Counted from the first letter of the stretch, positions 53,801 through 63,613 are shown. The stretch is 64,000 bases of DNA from Iphione sp. A-MEVVRFRX5 (GCA_976226885.1 OZ320313.1:156240001-156304000), one strand, 5' to 3'. Numbers and translations are program-made. Notes: generated by a model from the letters alone, not told the origin.

Positions 53801-56800
53801 CTACCCCGTGTGGGAACCAGCTGAGAGATGAATGCTTTTTTGAGGAGGTAGAGCAGGTAAGGCCCACTCCATATTGCCCCTGATTAGGAACGACGTGAGT
53901 TAACTGACTTAGCAAGGCCTATATATTGCAGATCTACCCCGTGTAGGAACCAAGTGAGAGACAATCTACTCTTGGATTTTATAGATTAGGCAAGGCGTAC
54001 TGCAGATCTACCCTGTGTAGGAACCATCTGAGAAAAGATCTACTCATGAAGGTGAGAGAATAGGTGAGGCCTACTGCATATTGACCCTGATTAGGAACTA
54101 GGTGCTAAACAATCTACTCTAGGAGTTTATAGACTAGACAAGGCCTACTGCAGATCTACCCTGTAGGAACCAGGTGAGAGACAATCTACGCTTCAAGTTC
54201 ATAGACTAAGCAAGGCATACTGCATATCTACCCTGTGTAGGAAGAGATATACATGTATAGTGGATCAAGCATATGATAAGTAGTAGCCTTAATTTCCATT
54301 TATGAATATTTGCTGTTTCGTCTTCTGCTACTTGACTTAGATGGTTAACTTTCCACATATTTGTAACTTGAAATGCGTGAAGTCTTACTGATTTTGATGG
54401 AGTGAGTCTTATTTGTACTTAAATGTAGGTTTCTTCGATGAACCGTCAAGTGAGTGTAAGATGAAGTCATATGATATATATATATATATATTCTTTGACA
54501 CAGAACCATAGAAACAGAAAAAAAACGAACGACTTGGAATTACTTTGTGCTGACGATACGGAGGTCGGTTTTCATTTTGTAATGGACTGTGAATACCAGA
54601 GAGTGTACGTCCTCTCCGTTTTTCATGAAACGATTATCATAGGAATGAGATACAAGTAAATTCACATGGATTGCAGTGCAAGTGAGCAATTGGAACATTT
54701 TCCCTCAGGAACCACAGTGTGACGGTGGAGGAAGGTAACCGGGTGCTGTACCTCGACGTATTCCGCTCTCAGGGTTCAACTGACGAGGTCTCTGTCAACG
54801 TAGTGACACGGGCTACCACTGCGCATGTGCAGCAAGGTCCTGACCTGATGGTGTCAACTATACAACAGGTAGTCAAAAATTCATAAAACGTGTGTAGCTC
54901 TTATCATTGCTCTGTGACATCTAATCTTCAGGCTGGGAATTGAAATCCTGCATGGTTTCTTGTTCTGTCATCTATTCATCAGACTGAGAGATCAAATCTT
55001 ATTTTTTTTGAGTTCCTGTGGTGTGTACGAAGTCCTTCGTTCAGTTCTGGAGAGTATGTTCGTTTTTGGCGATCGTGAGGACTGTGTTCAACTGTCAAAT
55101 ACTAGGCGGCATACTTAAATATGCTATCAATAAGCAGAGGCTTGCTTAACGAGATGATCACTTTTACTTCAAACTGGATTTGTCAACAGATAACACAGAT
55201 GTAAGTGTGTTCCTATAGTTGTATCAAAGTATTTGTTTCTATAACTGACAGTGTAACAATGTCCTTTTTGTAACTTTTAGCTGAACGTCCGTGATCTAGG
55301 AGGGTGGTCTTCATTTAACATGGGTGACCAGACCTACCTCGTACTGCTGTATCAGCATCAAAGGGCACCGTTGACGACTCCTATAGGGTCTACGGGTGCC
55401 GGCCGGCCGGTGAATCTCGCCAACATCACCCAGACTGTTCTCTTCCGTTGGCAGGGCGCTGCCGTCCTAGTGCAGGTAAGACAGGTTGAAAGAGTGTACC
55501 AGCTTGCAATGAAACGTCCCAGTGTAGGTAAGATTCTACTAGCATGTAATGAACGTCCTGTTGCAGGTAGGAGTGTACCAGCTTGTAATGAAACGTTCTA
55601 GTGCAGGTAAGGCGGATTGTAAGTGTACCAGCTTGTAATGAATCATCCTGATGCAGGTAAGGTTGTAAGGGTGTACTGTTATAAAGTTAATAACATTTTA
55701 ATAGTACTATCCGGACATATTGATCCTAATTGTTTTGTAATAGTATAATCATTAAGCGTGCTACCCTCTTGTATATTATATGCCTCTCACACCCATATTT
55801 ATATATGAACTCATTACTTAGAGACACTCTAACCTCAATAAATCAGTCTGCTCCTTACACTCACGCTAAGTGAACCTCTTTCTTCGTCACTACGTCCCTT
55901 TGCATATCAGTACCAACTTGGCACGAAACGTTTGGAAATACTTAAAGTCGTTCTCGAAGGAAGACAATAACAGCATAGGCGTATAAGAATCAAAGCCTGG
56001 ATACAATAGAGCCCACAAGGTGTCTTCAGGTCGATCCACATGTGTGTAGTTGGACGAGACTCATCTAGCTTCTGGTTTTTTTTTTGCTTGAGTTTTCAGT
56101 GAAGACAGGTATAACAATCTTCAGAAGATGGGCAGACTATACATGACTGTTTTATATATGTTTGCTATGAATGTGTACAATGTACCCATAATCTTTTCTC
56201 AGAGTATTGAAACAGATGGCGCCACAAGCGCTACTGGATTCACGATAGAGGGCGCCACCTACCTATTCATCACCAACGCTGGAGGACGGACCCGTCACGT
56301 AACTACCTCCCGCCTCTACCGACTCAATCCGGATGGCACCCTGGAGGTGGTAAGCGATACTATCTCAAAGATAACCGTGTTATTTCAACGAAAGGAGCTT
56401 TATTACTTGACGACGCGATGATAACTTTGATGTTAAGAATTAATGAAACTTCTCATTTGCCGTACTTTGCCGAGCATTACATGTCAGAGACATATCGACA
56501 CGGAGAGACAGATGGTTACACCCAGACAAATCGGGCTAGAGACAATTAAGAGTAATATATATAGTCAGGCTAAATGTTCATGTGCCCATGCAGGCATGCG
56601 TTGGTGCAATTGTTTCCAGAGTTTTAGGATTAGGAAGAAAAAAGAATGGGTGTGTCCCAATGTTTCCATACAAACGCGTAACAAATGATAGGAAACTATG
56701 TACATGTATATGCAACATGGAAATATGTACATGTATGTACGAAGAAGTGCATATTCTGTATAATTTGTGCTGTTTTGGCACAAATATCCACGAAAAAACG

Positions 56801-59800
56801 ACTCTGCGGTAACTGTTCTATCTGTAAACAAAATGTCTCTGAAAAAAGGTGACTACGTGTTATTGTGCCCTTTTGGACAAACTTCTATACCCTGCCTTGT
56901 TTTCTTCTTCTATACAGTTCTATATCCCTTGCTTGTGCTCATACACGGATTTTTTTTTCAAATTTTATTTATCCTGGCAATCCAACTGCATGTGCCAGCG
57001 CACTCTGCTACAAAGTTTGTCAGTGTGATGAATACTATATACATGCCTATACAGATTCTTAATAATAGGTAATTACATTAAGTACACAGTTAGACAATTT
57101 ACTACATATACATACATGTATATATATGTGTGAATAACAATTTTTGCAAGCAATGTTTACAGTTTTCCATCTGTGGATCTGTGGATGTGAAAAATGGGTC
57201 CCATCTTCAATACGTTCTATATTTTACTATAGTATAAACAGATTCAGGGAAACACAAGAGTTTACACCAATGCATTCCAATAAACATAGCAGCACAGGCT
57301 TAAAACACGTATCAAAAGCATTGGTACATAGAAATCTAGTGTAAGAGTTTTAAACTGGCGGATAAACTGATTTCACTGCGAAAGGTCTATATTAATGAGC
57401 AGATCGCTGATTATTGCACTTTCAATGCTGCATCTCAAGATCCAAGATCTACGTACGAGAGGAGCCAAAGACGCAGTCTACTTCAACAAAGGAAGCGACC
57501 ATTTCTTAGTAGTGGCCAACTCTATGGACGACACGGGCCGCACCAACATTAACTCGGACGTGTACCAGTGGGACTACTTCGCCCAACGCTTTAGCCCCAC
57601 GCCAGTTCAGTATCTGCCCACCAGAGGCGCCAGTGCCGTGGAAGTGATAGTGGTAGACAATGTCGTGTTTCTTATCGTGGCCAACGGCCATGACGCTGAA
57701 AGCCAGACTTATGAGATCAAGTGAGTGCGGTTTGACTTGGTCGATGGGCTGTGTGTACTCGTTCGTGAATTCATGTACAGTATCACTGCATATTATTTAA
57801 ACCAACGTTGCAGTTAACACTGTGTAGATGCTAATGGGAATTTGTATACGTTTATTCACTGTATCAAGTTTCACCTATATTTAGCAATAAAGGAGAAATT
57901 TAGGCAGATTCCCCCCCATTTGATGTCGACGGGTAGAGGCATTTTGAAGCGTGAAGAAGCATTGCACTGTTATGCTGCACGTAACTTGCCATCTAATGCT
58001 TTTCGAAATAGAATATAAATACATTGACAATAGACCTCTGCAACCTTCCTTTACCATATCGTTTACGTGGTTATCCTTAGCAAAAAAGACTCTAACATGA
58101 CTCCATGTACGGTAGGACTACACGAAGAGTATAGATTCAGATTCAGATTCATTTTTATTGAGCCATCAACGTCACCTTAGCAGATTTTCATAAGCAGTTT
58201 AAACTAATTACAATGTAAGAAATAATGTAGGCATATTTCACAAATAAATGACAACAGAACAGAAATCTATATTATATGCTGATCACAAAGTACAGGCACC
58301 CAAAATAACAGAACTCATTACAACCGGAAATACGATAATCCATATTCAACATAACACATTACAGATTAACAATTTCTAAACATGTACCATATAACCAATA
58401 CCTCCATCTGCCAAAATACATACCAAAGACCAAAGAGATCAGTGAACATTATCCATACCCCTGTAGTAATGCAATAATTAACACTGTACAGCATTGCTCA
58501 TACAGTTTCGATATTGATCTCTTAAAAAATGACTCGTTCAGAGGTACGTAGCGACAGGGGCAAAGCATTCAAGCTTTGTATACCAATGCACACAAAACCT
58601 GTCATGTATACATTGGTGGTTGGACATTCTTTTTCAAACCTCAGTGAGTTCCCACTTCTTGTTGGCCTAACTCGTTCTGCCCTGCAGAAAACTAATTCAT
58701 TTAAATCATCCACTGACATGTAAGGGAAGTTCTCAACACGCTCATCCACTTTTAACAAATTATTCTCACTTAACCATGTATTCCCCTCATCAGTTGATCT
58801 AATCTTAAAAAGCACTTATTACTGGCCAACCTAAAGCAGCGCCTCAAAGCTCCAACGATGTAACACTATTACCCAACAGAAGCTGCATCCCTAGGTTGAA
58901 GTAGGGTATCACAGAGGCATTGAACACCAATATCATAGTTTTCTGATCAACCTTTACATTCACTTTTTTATGTCATTTTCTATTAATTTATCAAGCCGTA
59001 GACGTTCATCCAGCCAATATCCTAAATAAATAATTTCCTGGACCTTTTGTAGTTCAATGGCCTGCAGCCTCAAGTCTAGGTTGTAGGCAATTCTTTTACC
59101 AAAGTTATATAATTGCTGTTCCCCAGATTTATTACCAGACCATTAGAATCACACCAGGCAGATATTTGCTCCAGTGTGTAGTTTGCTTTTAGGGAAAGAG
59201 CCAATAGGTAATTTCTGAACTTGCACAATCTTATTGACACCATTTGCCGACTAAAATACAAAGTAATAAAGAAAGGCGTGCTTGATAGTTGAATAACATT
59301 ATGTAAACTTGTGCCAATGATATAAGAAACCTGTTAATCACAGAAGGATGCCTGTACACACAAATACACATATACAGCGTATGTAAATTTCTATGGTACG
59401 AGACTATGTGGAGGGACTTAGAGATGTTAAAAATATCATTCTACAAGGCGTAGTCCCATGTTCTCTTTGTTTCTTACATTCCTGATCCAGCTTTATGTGT
59501 ATACGCATATGTTTATGTGCACATATATACTCGAGCATTATTTCTCACAGATCACCCATTTTGATAATTTTTCCCCGCAGCTCATTGGTGTACCGTCTGG
59601 ACGCCAACAACCGCTTCACCATTCACCAGCAGATCCCGACCAAAGGCGCCGTCGCTCTCACTTCCTTCCGCATCGGCAGCGACCCGTACATGGTCATTGC
59701 CAACGGGCAAGACGACGACAATCGCTACCACCAAATGGCCACCGTCTACGCCTGGAATCGGATCACGGAGCTCTTCTCTCCCGTCCAGGAGGTGGCTGTG

Positions 59801-62800
59801 GCCAGCGCTGGGAAGCTGCACAGCTTCGTCACCGCCGATTCTAGAGGTCAGTACATGAATGACCCGATCGTTTTCTATCTATGCTCGTAACTCGCGCAAT
59901 ATGGTAACTGCAATGTGTACGGAACCTGGTTTCATGTAAGAGGAGAGACCTGGCCTTGTTCTCCCCCCTTACCACACACACACCTTATGATCTCACATCT
60001 ATGGATGCCATTTTATTGCTCGGAGATTTTTTGACCCTATCCTCTTAAGCTCCAGTCTAGCAGGGCTCGACATATAGCCGTTGGTACAATTATTATGCGC
60101 ATCTACGAATAAGTGTCATGTGATCCCTGGGACGTCAGGTCAAAGACCTTGTAGAAGTGCATATGTATGGTCTTTGATGTCGTTCAGACTGTACACTTAC
60201 AGTCATAGCTGTAGTGTCACATTCAATCCCTTTGTGGATGTTTCACCTAAAAAAAATTATGACTATTTTCCCCTTTCCAGTTCACCTCGCCATAGCCATG
60301 GAAAAGGCTCCGTCCGTGATTCTGACTTGGCGGGACAACACTGCTCGGTTCAATCAGTCGTGGGTAGGACCTCCTCTCCGACAGCTTCTGCCGGTGGTGG
60401 TGGAGCAGCGAGCAGGCAGTCTGCTGTTGATGGCAGAGGCGCGCCCTATCAATGAGTCGGCCCCTGACATTGTCAATATCAACCAACTAACCAGACTCGA
60501 TCTTGCACGCAGCGACTATGTCCACAGGTTGGTCTTTAAGGGATTGGACAATATATATTTGGTGCACATACCGAACACTGCTGGCGGCATCTCCAAATTT
60601 TGAAGTACATGTGATCAGCGCACATCTTTAGATTTGTTTTGTTTAACCCGTCCAGTTTGGTTTCATGAGGCGTCTACATCGCCGGGGAACATACTTAAAA
60701 TGATTGTATTAGATGCTATACAAAAGAAAATTTATTAGGGACTTTTCATTTGTTCCAAAGTATCTTAAATCCCAGGTCGTTGATGTTTTGTCTTTATTTT
60801 TAAATCTTCTTGCTCTTTGCTCTCATGTTCTACTTATCGTTTTCAGCTGTATTTCTTACGGCTTCCTCTTTTTCTCTATTCCTTCATTATCTTCTTTTTT
60901 CAAATTTCCAGTTCTTCCTCTTTCTAAATTCCTACGTCTTCCTGTCTATACCTGTTCCTCCTTCTTGCATTTTATATCCATTTCCTTCCTTACCCTCCTT
61001 ATCCCAATTTCTTACTTCTTTCTATCTTTATTTGCTTCTTCGTCATCTAAACCTCTTCATTTCCTATCTAATCTTTATCGCTAATCCTATGTATCACTAT
61101 TTATCTCTATTTATTACCTCTTCCTATTTTTACAGGGCTCTTACCCTGACCTTTCAACCTGGTCAGACCCATCTACGAACGTCCGCTGTACTGTTGGAAG
61201 ACGACACACCGGAGGACACAGAGGCACTGGCCATGGAGTTGGTCAATCCTCGCGGAGGGGCGGAGCTTGGTCTTAACAAGGAGGTCATCATTCACATCCT
61301 ATCCAATGATGATGGACATGGCATCATAGAATTCGGAGAGGTGCTTAGAATTTGAGTAATATGAGATTATTTACGATCAATAAGTTATTCTGTATGTTAA
61401 AAATATTTGATATATATATATATATATATACTCATTCCACCAAAAAGTGTACCATGCGTTAATCTCTGGGATCATGTTTTTCCAGTAAAAACCAAAGTTA
61501 AATTTCATATTTTGAGTTTTTCTTTGCTATGGCTGGGTCTATGGGGGTATCAGGAATATGTCCTGATATTTTTAGCATAATGAACTAATTCCTTCCTGTA
61601 GTTTTCAATAGTCGCAGAGATTACGGCTGGTACATTTTTTGGTGGAATTAGTCCAGGTGTCTGTTTATAGTGTAGCACAAACAAGACCGTTAGATATAAT
61701 ACACCTTTTGTGACTTATGGTTTTGCAAAATTATTCCATAAATTACTATCAAGGAACGTGTATGAAGATGTATTATTTCTGGTTGATAAGTCATTTATTT
61801 ATTACTTTATTCATAGGATTCTTTGGAACTATACGTGGAGGAGGTACCCACTAGGGACACCCTGGTCCAGCTGAATGTGGTGCGACGGAGAGGAACTGCC
61901 GGGCGGGTGGTCGTCAGGTGGCGAGCTGCAGGAGCACATAATGACCTCCATGACCTCAGCCCCAACGAAGGCGAGGTAAGTTACCATCCACTCATTCCCG
62001 TACTGCAATAGGTTAAAAGGGAATGTTCTTTAAATTTAGTAGAGGAAGTAGAGAGTCTTATCGAGCTTTGAATGCGAATGAGGGCCATGATAGGTATCCA
62101 GCTAAGTTCCGTTGTCTACAAGACCGGAATTTGTGTGCATTTACGAACATGGTGTACCATGGGCCAGCAACAGTCGAGGAACTACGAGTTTTCTGGACCT
62201 ATTCCTGACCATTCTGTGCAGTGTCTGTAAATGGACATACTGACAGCGTGGACAATAGGCATAATAGACTAAATCATGCTCTGTAATGGACTGTATGTGC
62301 CTTTGGTCCTATTGCAGCTGGAGTTTGCTGATAGTCAGAGAGTGGCCAGCATTACGTTGACGATCCGAGACGATCAGTTACCTGAGCCAGATGAGCTTAC
62401 ACAGATAACACTGCTTCAAGTTGTAGAGACTGGAACACCATTACCTGGCCGAGGAGCCAGAATCGGTAAGTCTTATGGTCCAGATCATGTAGTAGAAATA
62501 AATGTGCAGTTCACTCTATATATCGCTTCTTAGTCCCTTGTCTCTACCTGCCTCCTAATATTTCACTGTCTCCATCTATATTTCCATCGCTATTTTTCTA
62601 TCGTTTTCTCTCTAGTTGTCTGTCCGTCTCTTTGACTATCAAAGTCTTTTTTCATCATTTTTATCATCTGCCATGTCACTGCCCACTAAGTCGCTTAGTA
62701 CAAGTACCAGGGGATAATATAACGTAATGTTTTTGTAAAATTGCACATTGATATGCTTGTCGATGATAGGATTATTATAGAATTGACTTCCCCTACCTGA

Positions 62801-63558
62801 GCAGGTGAGAAGAGCAGCTCGCGAGTAACGGTGATGGCGAACGACTCGCCTCACGGTGTCGTGGCCTGGGAGCGTAGCAGCTACATTACCACCGAGCCCG
62901 AGGGCACAGACACCACCACCTTCCTGCATATCACTCGATCACAAGGGACCCTGGGCACTATTCGTGTTGCCTACATGTAAAGAGACTCTTCTTGATCAGC
63001 TTCTTTTCCTTACACACTTCCTCAACATGTTGTATTCTTATGTCAGTGTAATTATATCAGTATTATTAAAAGAAACATTGTATTTATGCTGTACAATCAA
63101 TTCGAATCGAGGAGAAAATAGTGTTGTTGAAACAAAATATATATCTGGTTCAAACTTTGTAACTAACAAGAATAATAAGTGTTCTACATACATATTTAAA
63201 TAAATATACGTATAAAACTGGCCAGTCTTTCCGATTTTATACAATACTACATATAAACATTCCGGAATACATATGTATAGTATTGTATGAAATTAGGATA
63301 CACAAGTACAGGATTTTAGCGGCCAGACGACTTATACTAACAAGGTCAACTGACCACCAAGTAACCTAAGATAAACAAGAGGCGAATATTACAAATAGGC
63401 CCCTCAATGTCACCTTTTTCCCTGGCAGTACTTCACAAGACGTGACCCTGCCTACCAAACAGCAGGCCGTGTCGGGGCGTGACTACTTGCCAGTCCAGTC
63501 GTCCGTCGACCTGCAAGACGGTGTCACCCGTGTGCCCATAGAAATCACCATCCTGTCG
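32621..63558 (+). CDS. ADGRV1: Adhesion GPCR V1 (VLGR1/GPR98) ortholog, partial: 35 internal exons, 2,121 codons of ectodomain (Calx-beta repeats, PAN-like insert, EAR repeats); 5' and 3' parts not in view
   Basis: All 35 exons, read by hand, have AG/GT ends and matching phases and splice into one stop-free frame. Recurrent Calx-beta motifs (DDxxPExxExF, NDxPxGxxxF, GxDY) and EAR repeats occur in the order I recall for human ADGRV1, e.g. SPRLG, CATxCL..C, DYEPV, EPHGV, NDG. Confidence 0.95.
33470..33900. repeat. Degenerate ~100/205-bp tandem repeat in a CpG-poor, GC-rich intronic block (probable old TE)
   Basis: ctgtaacc(ttt)..gagctg motif at 33474, 33523, 33565, 33679, 33771, 33878; 33565 and 33771 copies are extensively similar. 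Confidence 0.6.
35189..35392 (+). CDS. ADGRV1: ADGRV1 visible exon 2 (VIREGGTIG...QLMSASQ)
   Basis: tctcccag| acceptor, weak donor |gtcaca, 204 nt, phase 0-0; DDSVAELQEDF. Confidence 0.88.
35921..36038 (+). CDS. ADGRV1: ADGRV1 visible exon 3 (GTIGSQNV...ASDDPYGV...PEEDT)
   Basis: atttgcag| ... |gtaaga, 118 nt, phase 0-1. Confidence 0.92.
37613..37627 (-). promoter_or_regulatory. Candidate CTCF site
   Basis: Minus strand CCGGCAGGTGGCGCC closely matches the CTCF core; a weaker same-orientation copy lies at 37587-37600. Confidence 0.4.
41082..41372 (+). CDS. ADGRV1: ADGRV1 visible exon 4 (EVTFFVER...DDDEPEVDESVF...QQAP)
   Basis: gatatccag| ... |gtgctt, 291 nt, phase 1-1. Confidence 0.92.
41961..42133 (+). 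CDS. ADGRV1: ADGRV1 visible exon 5 (VFDSPRLG...NDNPAGVLQL...GTFGQ)
   Basis: cactccag| ... |gtaagg, 173 nt, phase 1-0. Confidence 0.93.
42441..42699 (+). CDS. ADGRV1: ADGRV1 visible exon 6 (VTVKFEVV...NDRIPELEESF...SDDPFGAF)
   Basis: gtcacag| ... |gtaggt, 259 nt, phase 0-1. Confidence 0.93.
43077..43205 (+). CDS. ADGRV1: ADGRV1 visible exon 7 (AFEESQRSVEEP...QWQATLD)
   Basis: ttcatgcag| ... |gtaaga, 129 nt, phase 1-1. Confidence 0.92.
43475..43593 (+). CDS. ADGRV1: ADGRV1 visible exon 8 (GVEPTGDITPTSGTVFF...DPEGLE)
   Basis: gtttgtag| ... |gtcagt, 119 nt, phase 1-0. Confidence 0.92.
43902..44083 (+). CDS. ADGRV1: ADGRV1 visible exon 9 (RIVFTLLE...NDNPHGMLEF...IEVSR)
   Basis: ccccacag| ... 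|gtaagt, 182 nt, phase 0-2. Confidence 0.93.
44484..44664 (+). CDS. ADGRV1: ADGRV1 visible exon 10 (VGGTYGEVRVFYETSD...SNPLL)
   Basis: tttggagcag| ... |gtcagt, 181 nt, phase 2-0. Confidence 0.9.
45379..45528 (+). CDS. ADGRV1: ADGRV1 visible exon 11 (MCATFCLMSEACLSFDF...C...DQVE), Cys-rich PAN/apple-like insert
   Basis: tcttccag| ... |gtgagc, 150 nt, phase 0-0. Confidence 0.92.
45944..46110 (+). CDS. ADGRV1: ADGRV1 visible exon 12 (KRALF...GLDYEPV...DDIPELPELF..HIT)
   Basis: gtctttcag| ... |gtaaac, 167 nt, phase 0-2. Confidence 0.92.
46384..46595 (+). CDS. ADGRV1: ADGRV1 visible exon 13 (RVELVGG...NDNANGIL...IVERQ)
   Basis: ctacctcag| ... |gtgagt, 212 nt, phase 2-1. Confidence 0.93.
46898..47023 (+). 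CDS. ADGRV1: ADGRV1 visible exon 14 (DGTIGEVQVTW...GQDF...GDTQR)
   Basis: ctgtttcaag| ... |gtaagt, 126 nt, phase 1-1. Confidence 0.92.
47724..47909 (+). CDS. ADGRV1: ADGRV1 visible exon 15 (TLTIGIEDDVIPENDE...NDNVAG...LVEE)
   Basis: cttgtacag| ... |gtgggt, 186 nt, phase 1-1. Confidence 0.92.
48583..48722 (+). CDS. ADGRV1: ADGRV1 visible exon 16 (GDTLIVTVER...GSLTFLH)
   Basis: gtgctgtag| ... |gtacgt, 140 nt, phase 1-0. Confidence 0.91.
48952..49051 (+). CDS. ADGRV1: ADGRV1 visible exon 17 (GENQNEV...DNQPKINQEYELTLFNVRTE)
   Basis: cctttcaag| ... |gtgagc, 100 nt, phase 0-1. Confidence 0.91.
50261..50440 (+). CDS. ADGRV1: ADGRV1 visible exon 18 (GVRDSGAA...NEPHGVFSF...KFGAI)
   Basis: ctcgtacag| ... 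|gtctgt, 180 nt, phase 1-1. Confidence 0.92.
50683..50940 (+). CDS. ADGRV1: ADGRV1 visible exon 19 (GAVRVYY...DDDTPEVDEVF...LPKL)
   Basis: ctactcag| ... |gtgtgt, 258 nt, phase 1-1. Confidence 0.92.
51283..51367 (+). CDS. ADGRV1: ADGRV1 visible exon 20 (AETGNVAEVIVEANDGTFGEVVFSAQSE)
   Basis: tatctccag| ... |gtgagt, 85 nt, phase 1-2. Confidence 0.92.
51413..51687. mobile_element. MITE, 275 bp, in an ADGRV1 intron
   Basis: Perfect 16-bp TIR CAGGCCCGTAGCCAGG / CCTGGCTACGGGCCTG; CGTGTG directly repeated on both flanks (51407-51412, 51688-51693); internal 21-bp unit x4 (~51456-51540). Confidence 0.88.
52094..52238 (+). CDS. ADGRV1: ADGRV1 visible exon 21 (RMFIEEETI...GQDFNFEPR)
   Basis: attccacag| ... 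|gtattc, 145 nt, phase 2-0. Confidence 0.92.
52479..52620 (+). CDS. ADGRV1: ADGRV1 visible exon 22 (EIAFAAGET...DDDEPEPNEQL...ALKK)
   Basis: cttcgtag| ... |gtcaga, 142 nt, phase 0-1. Confidence 0.92.
52999..53246 (+). CDS. ADGRV1: ADGRV1 visible exon 23 (ATITILASDRASGVVSF...TFRDRE)
   Basis: gacgctcag| ... |gtaaag, 248 nt, phase 1-0. Confidence 0.92.
53419..53600 (+). CDS. ADGRV1: ADGRV1 visible exon 24 (GVVTLEL...DDIPEEEETF...NDAPYGLLQIYPVGT)
   Basis: cccgcacag| ... |gtgaga, 182 nt, phase 0-2. Confidence 0.93.
53575..54245 (+). repeat. ~72-74-bp minisatellite (~10 units) derived from the exon 24 end and its 5' splice site
   Basis: Units begin near 53575, 53648, 53721, 53793, 53866, 53926, 54000, 54074, 54148, 54219; core ctgcagatctaccc(tg)taggaacc(ag)gtgag. 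Confidence 0.9.
54709..54868 (+). CDS. ADGRV1: ADGRV1 visible exon 25 (RNHSVTVEEGNRVLYLDV...STIQQ)
   Basis: ttccctcag| ... |gtagtc, 160 nt, phase 2-0. Confidence 0.92.
55281..55475 (+). CDS. ADGRV1: ADGRV1 visible exon 26 (LNVRDLGGWSSF...LFRWQGAAVLVQ), EAR repeat
   Basis: aacttttag| ... |gtaaga, 195 nt, phase 0-0. Confidence 0.91.
55464..55670 (+). repeat. ~40-53-bp minisatellite (5 units) derived from the exon 26 end and its 5' splice site
   Basis: gtcctagtgcag|gtaag echoed with donor-like GT at 55528, 55567, 55607, 55657; spacer gtgtaccagcttgtaatgaa. Confidence 0.85.
56203..56349 (+). CDS. ADGRV1: ADGRV1 visible exon 27 (SIETDGATSATGFTIEGATYLFITN...TLEV), EAR repeat
   Basis: ttttctcag| ... 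|gtaagc, 147 nt, phase 0-0. Confidence 0.92.
57440..57720 (+). CDS. ADGRV1: ADGRV1 visible exon 28 (IQDLRTRGAKDAVYF...QYLPTRGAS...YEI), EAR repeats
   Basis: catctcaag| ... |gtgagt, 281 nt, phase 0-2. Confidence 0.92.
58133..59270 (-). mobile_element. 5'-truncated, decayed CR1/L2-like non-LTR retrotransposon in an ADGRV1 intron
   Basis: Minus-strand RT remnants LEQISAWCDSNGLVIN, EIIYLGYWLDERL, LVFNASVIPY, FVCIGIQSLNALPLSLR with stops/frameshifts; 3' end AATAAA followed by a (GAATCT)n tail at 58133-58151. Confidence 0.8.
59581..59846 (+). CDS. ADGRV1: ADGRV1 visible exon 29 (NSLVYRLD...QQIPTKGAV...TADSR), EAR repeats
   Basis: ttccccgcag| ... |gtcagt, 266 nt, phase 2-1. Confidence 0.93.
60281..60527 (+). 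CDS. ADGRV1: ADGRV1 visible exon 30 (VHLAIAME...RSDYVH)
   Basis: cctttccag| ... |gttggt, 247 nt, phase 1-2. Confidence 0.88.
60780..61135 (+). repeat. Long pyrimidine-rich low-complexity tract upstream of exon 31
   Basis: Strong C/T skew; explains the spurious F/L/S-rich ORFs in the track. Confidence 0.75.
61136..61340 (+). CDS. ADGRV1: ADGRV1 visible exon 31 (RALTLTFQPGQT...DDTPEDTE...SNDDGHGIIEFGE)
   Basis: tttttacag| ... |gtgctt, 205 nt, phase 2-0. Confidence 0.92.
61817..61975 (+). CDS. ADGRV1: ADGRV1 visible exon 32 (DSLELYVEE...DLSPNEGE)
   Basis: tattcatag| ... |gtaagt, 159 nt, phase 0-0. Confidence 0.92.
62318..62465 (+). CDS. ADGRV1: ADGRV1 visible exon 33 (LEFADSQR...DDQLPEPDE...GARI)
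   Basis: ctattgcag| ... |gtaagt, 148 nt, phase 0-1. Confidence 0.93.
62805..62976 (+). CDS. ADGRV1: ADGRV1 visible exon 34 (GEKSSSRVTVMANDSPHGVVAW...RVAY)
   Basis: cctgagcag| ... |gtaaag, 172 nt, phase 1-2. Confidence 0.9.
63429..63558 (+). CDS. ADGRV1: ADGRV1 visible exon 35 (ITSQDV...GRDYLPV...EITILS)
   Basis: ccctggcag| ... |gtaagg, 130 nt, phase 2-0; gene continues beyond the window. Confidence 0.92.
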
Positions 63559-63613
63559 GTAAGGCTTTCATGGCCCACCACCTTGTCTCATTATGATCCT
63601 GAGTAATGTTTAT

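Noticed and set aside
53575-54245. Regular repeat-spacer look suggesting a CRISPR array
   Set aside because: Eukaryotic intron; the inter-core segments are themselves homologous, so it is a minisatellite
60713-61135. Long F/L/S-rich ORFs (60713-61084, 60810-)
   Set aside because: Artefact of the pyrimidine-rich tract; only 61136-61340 is exon
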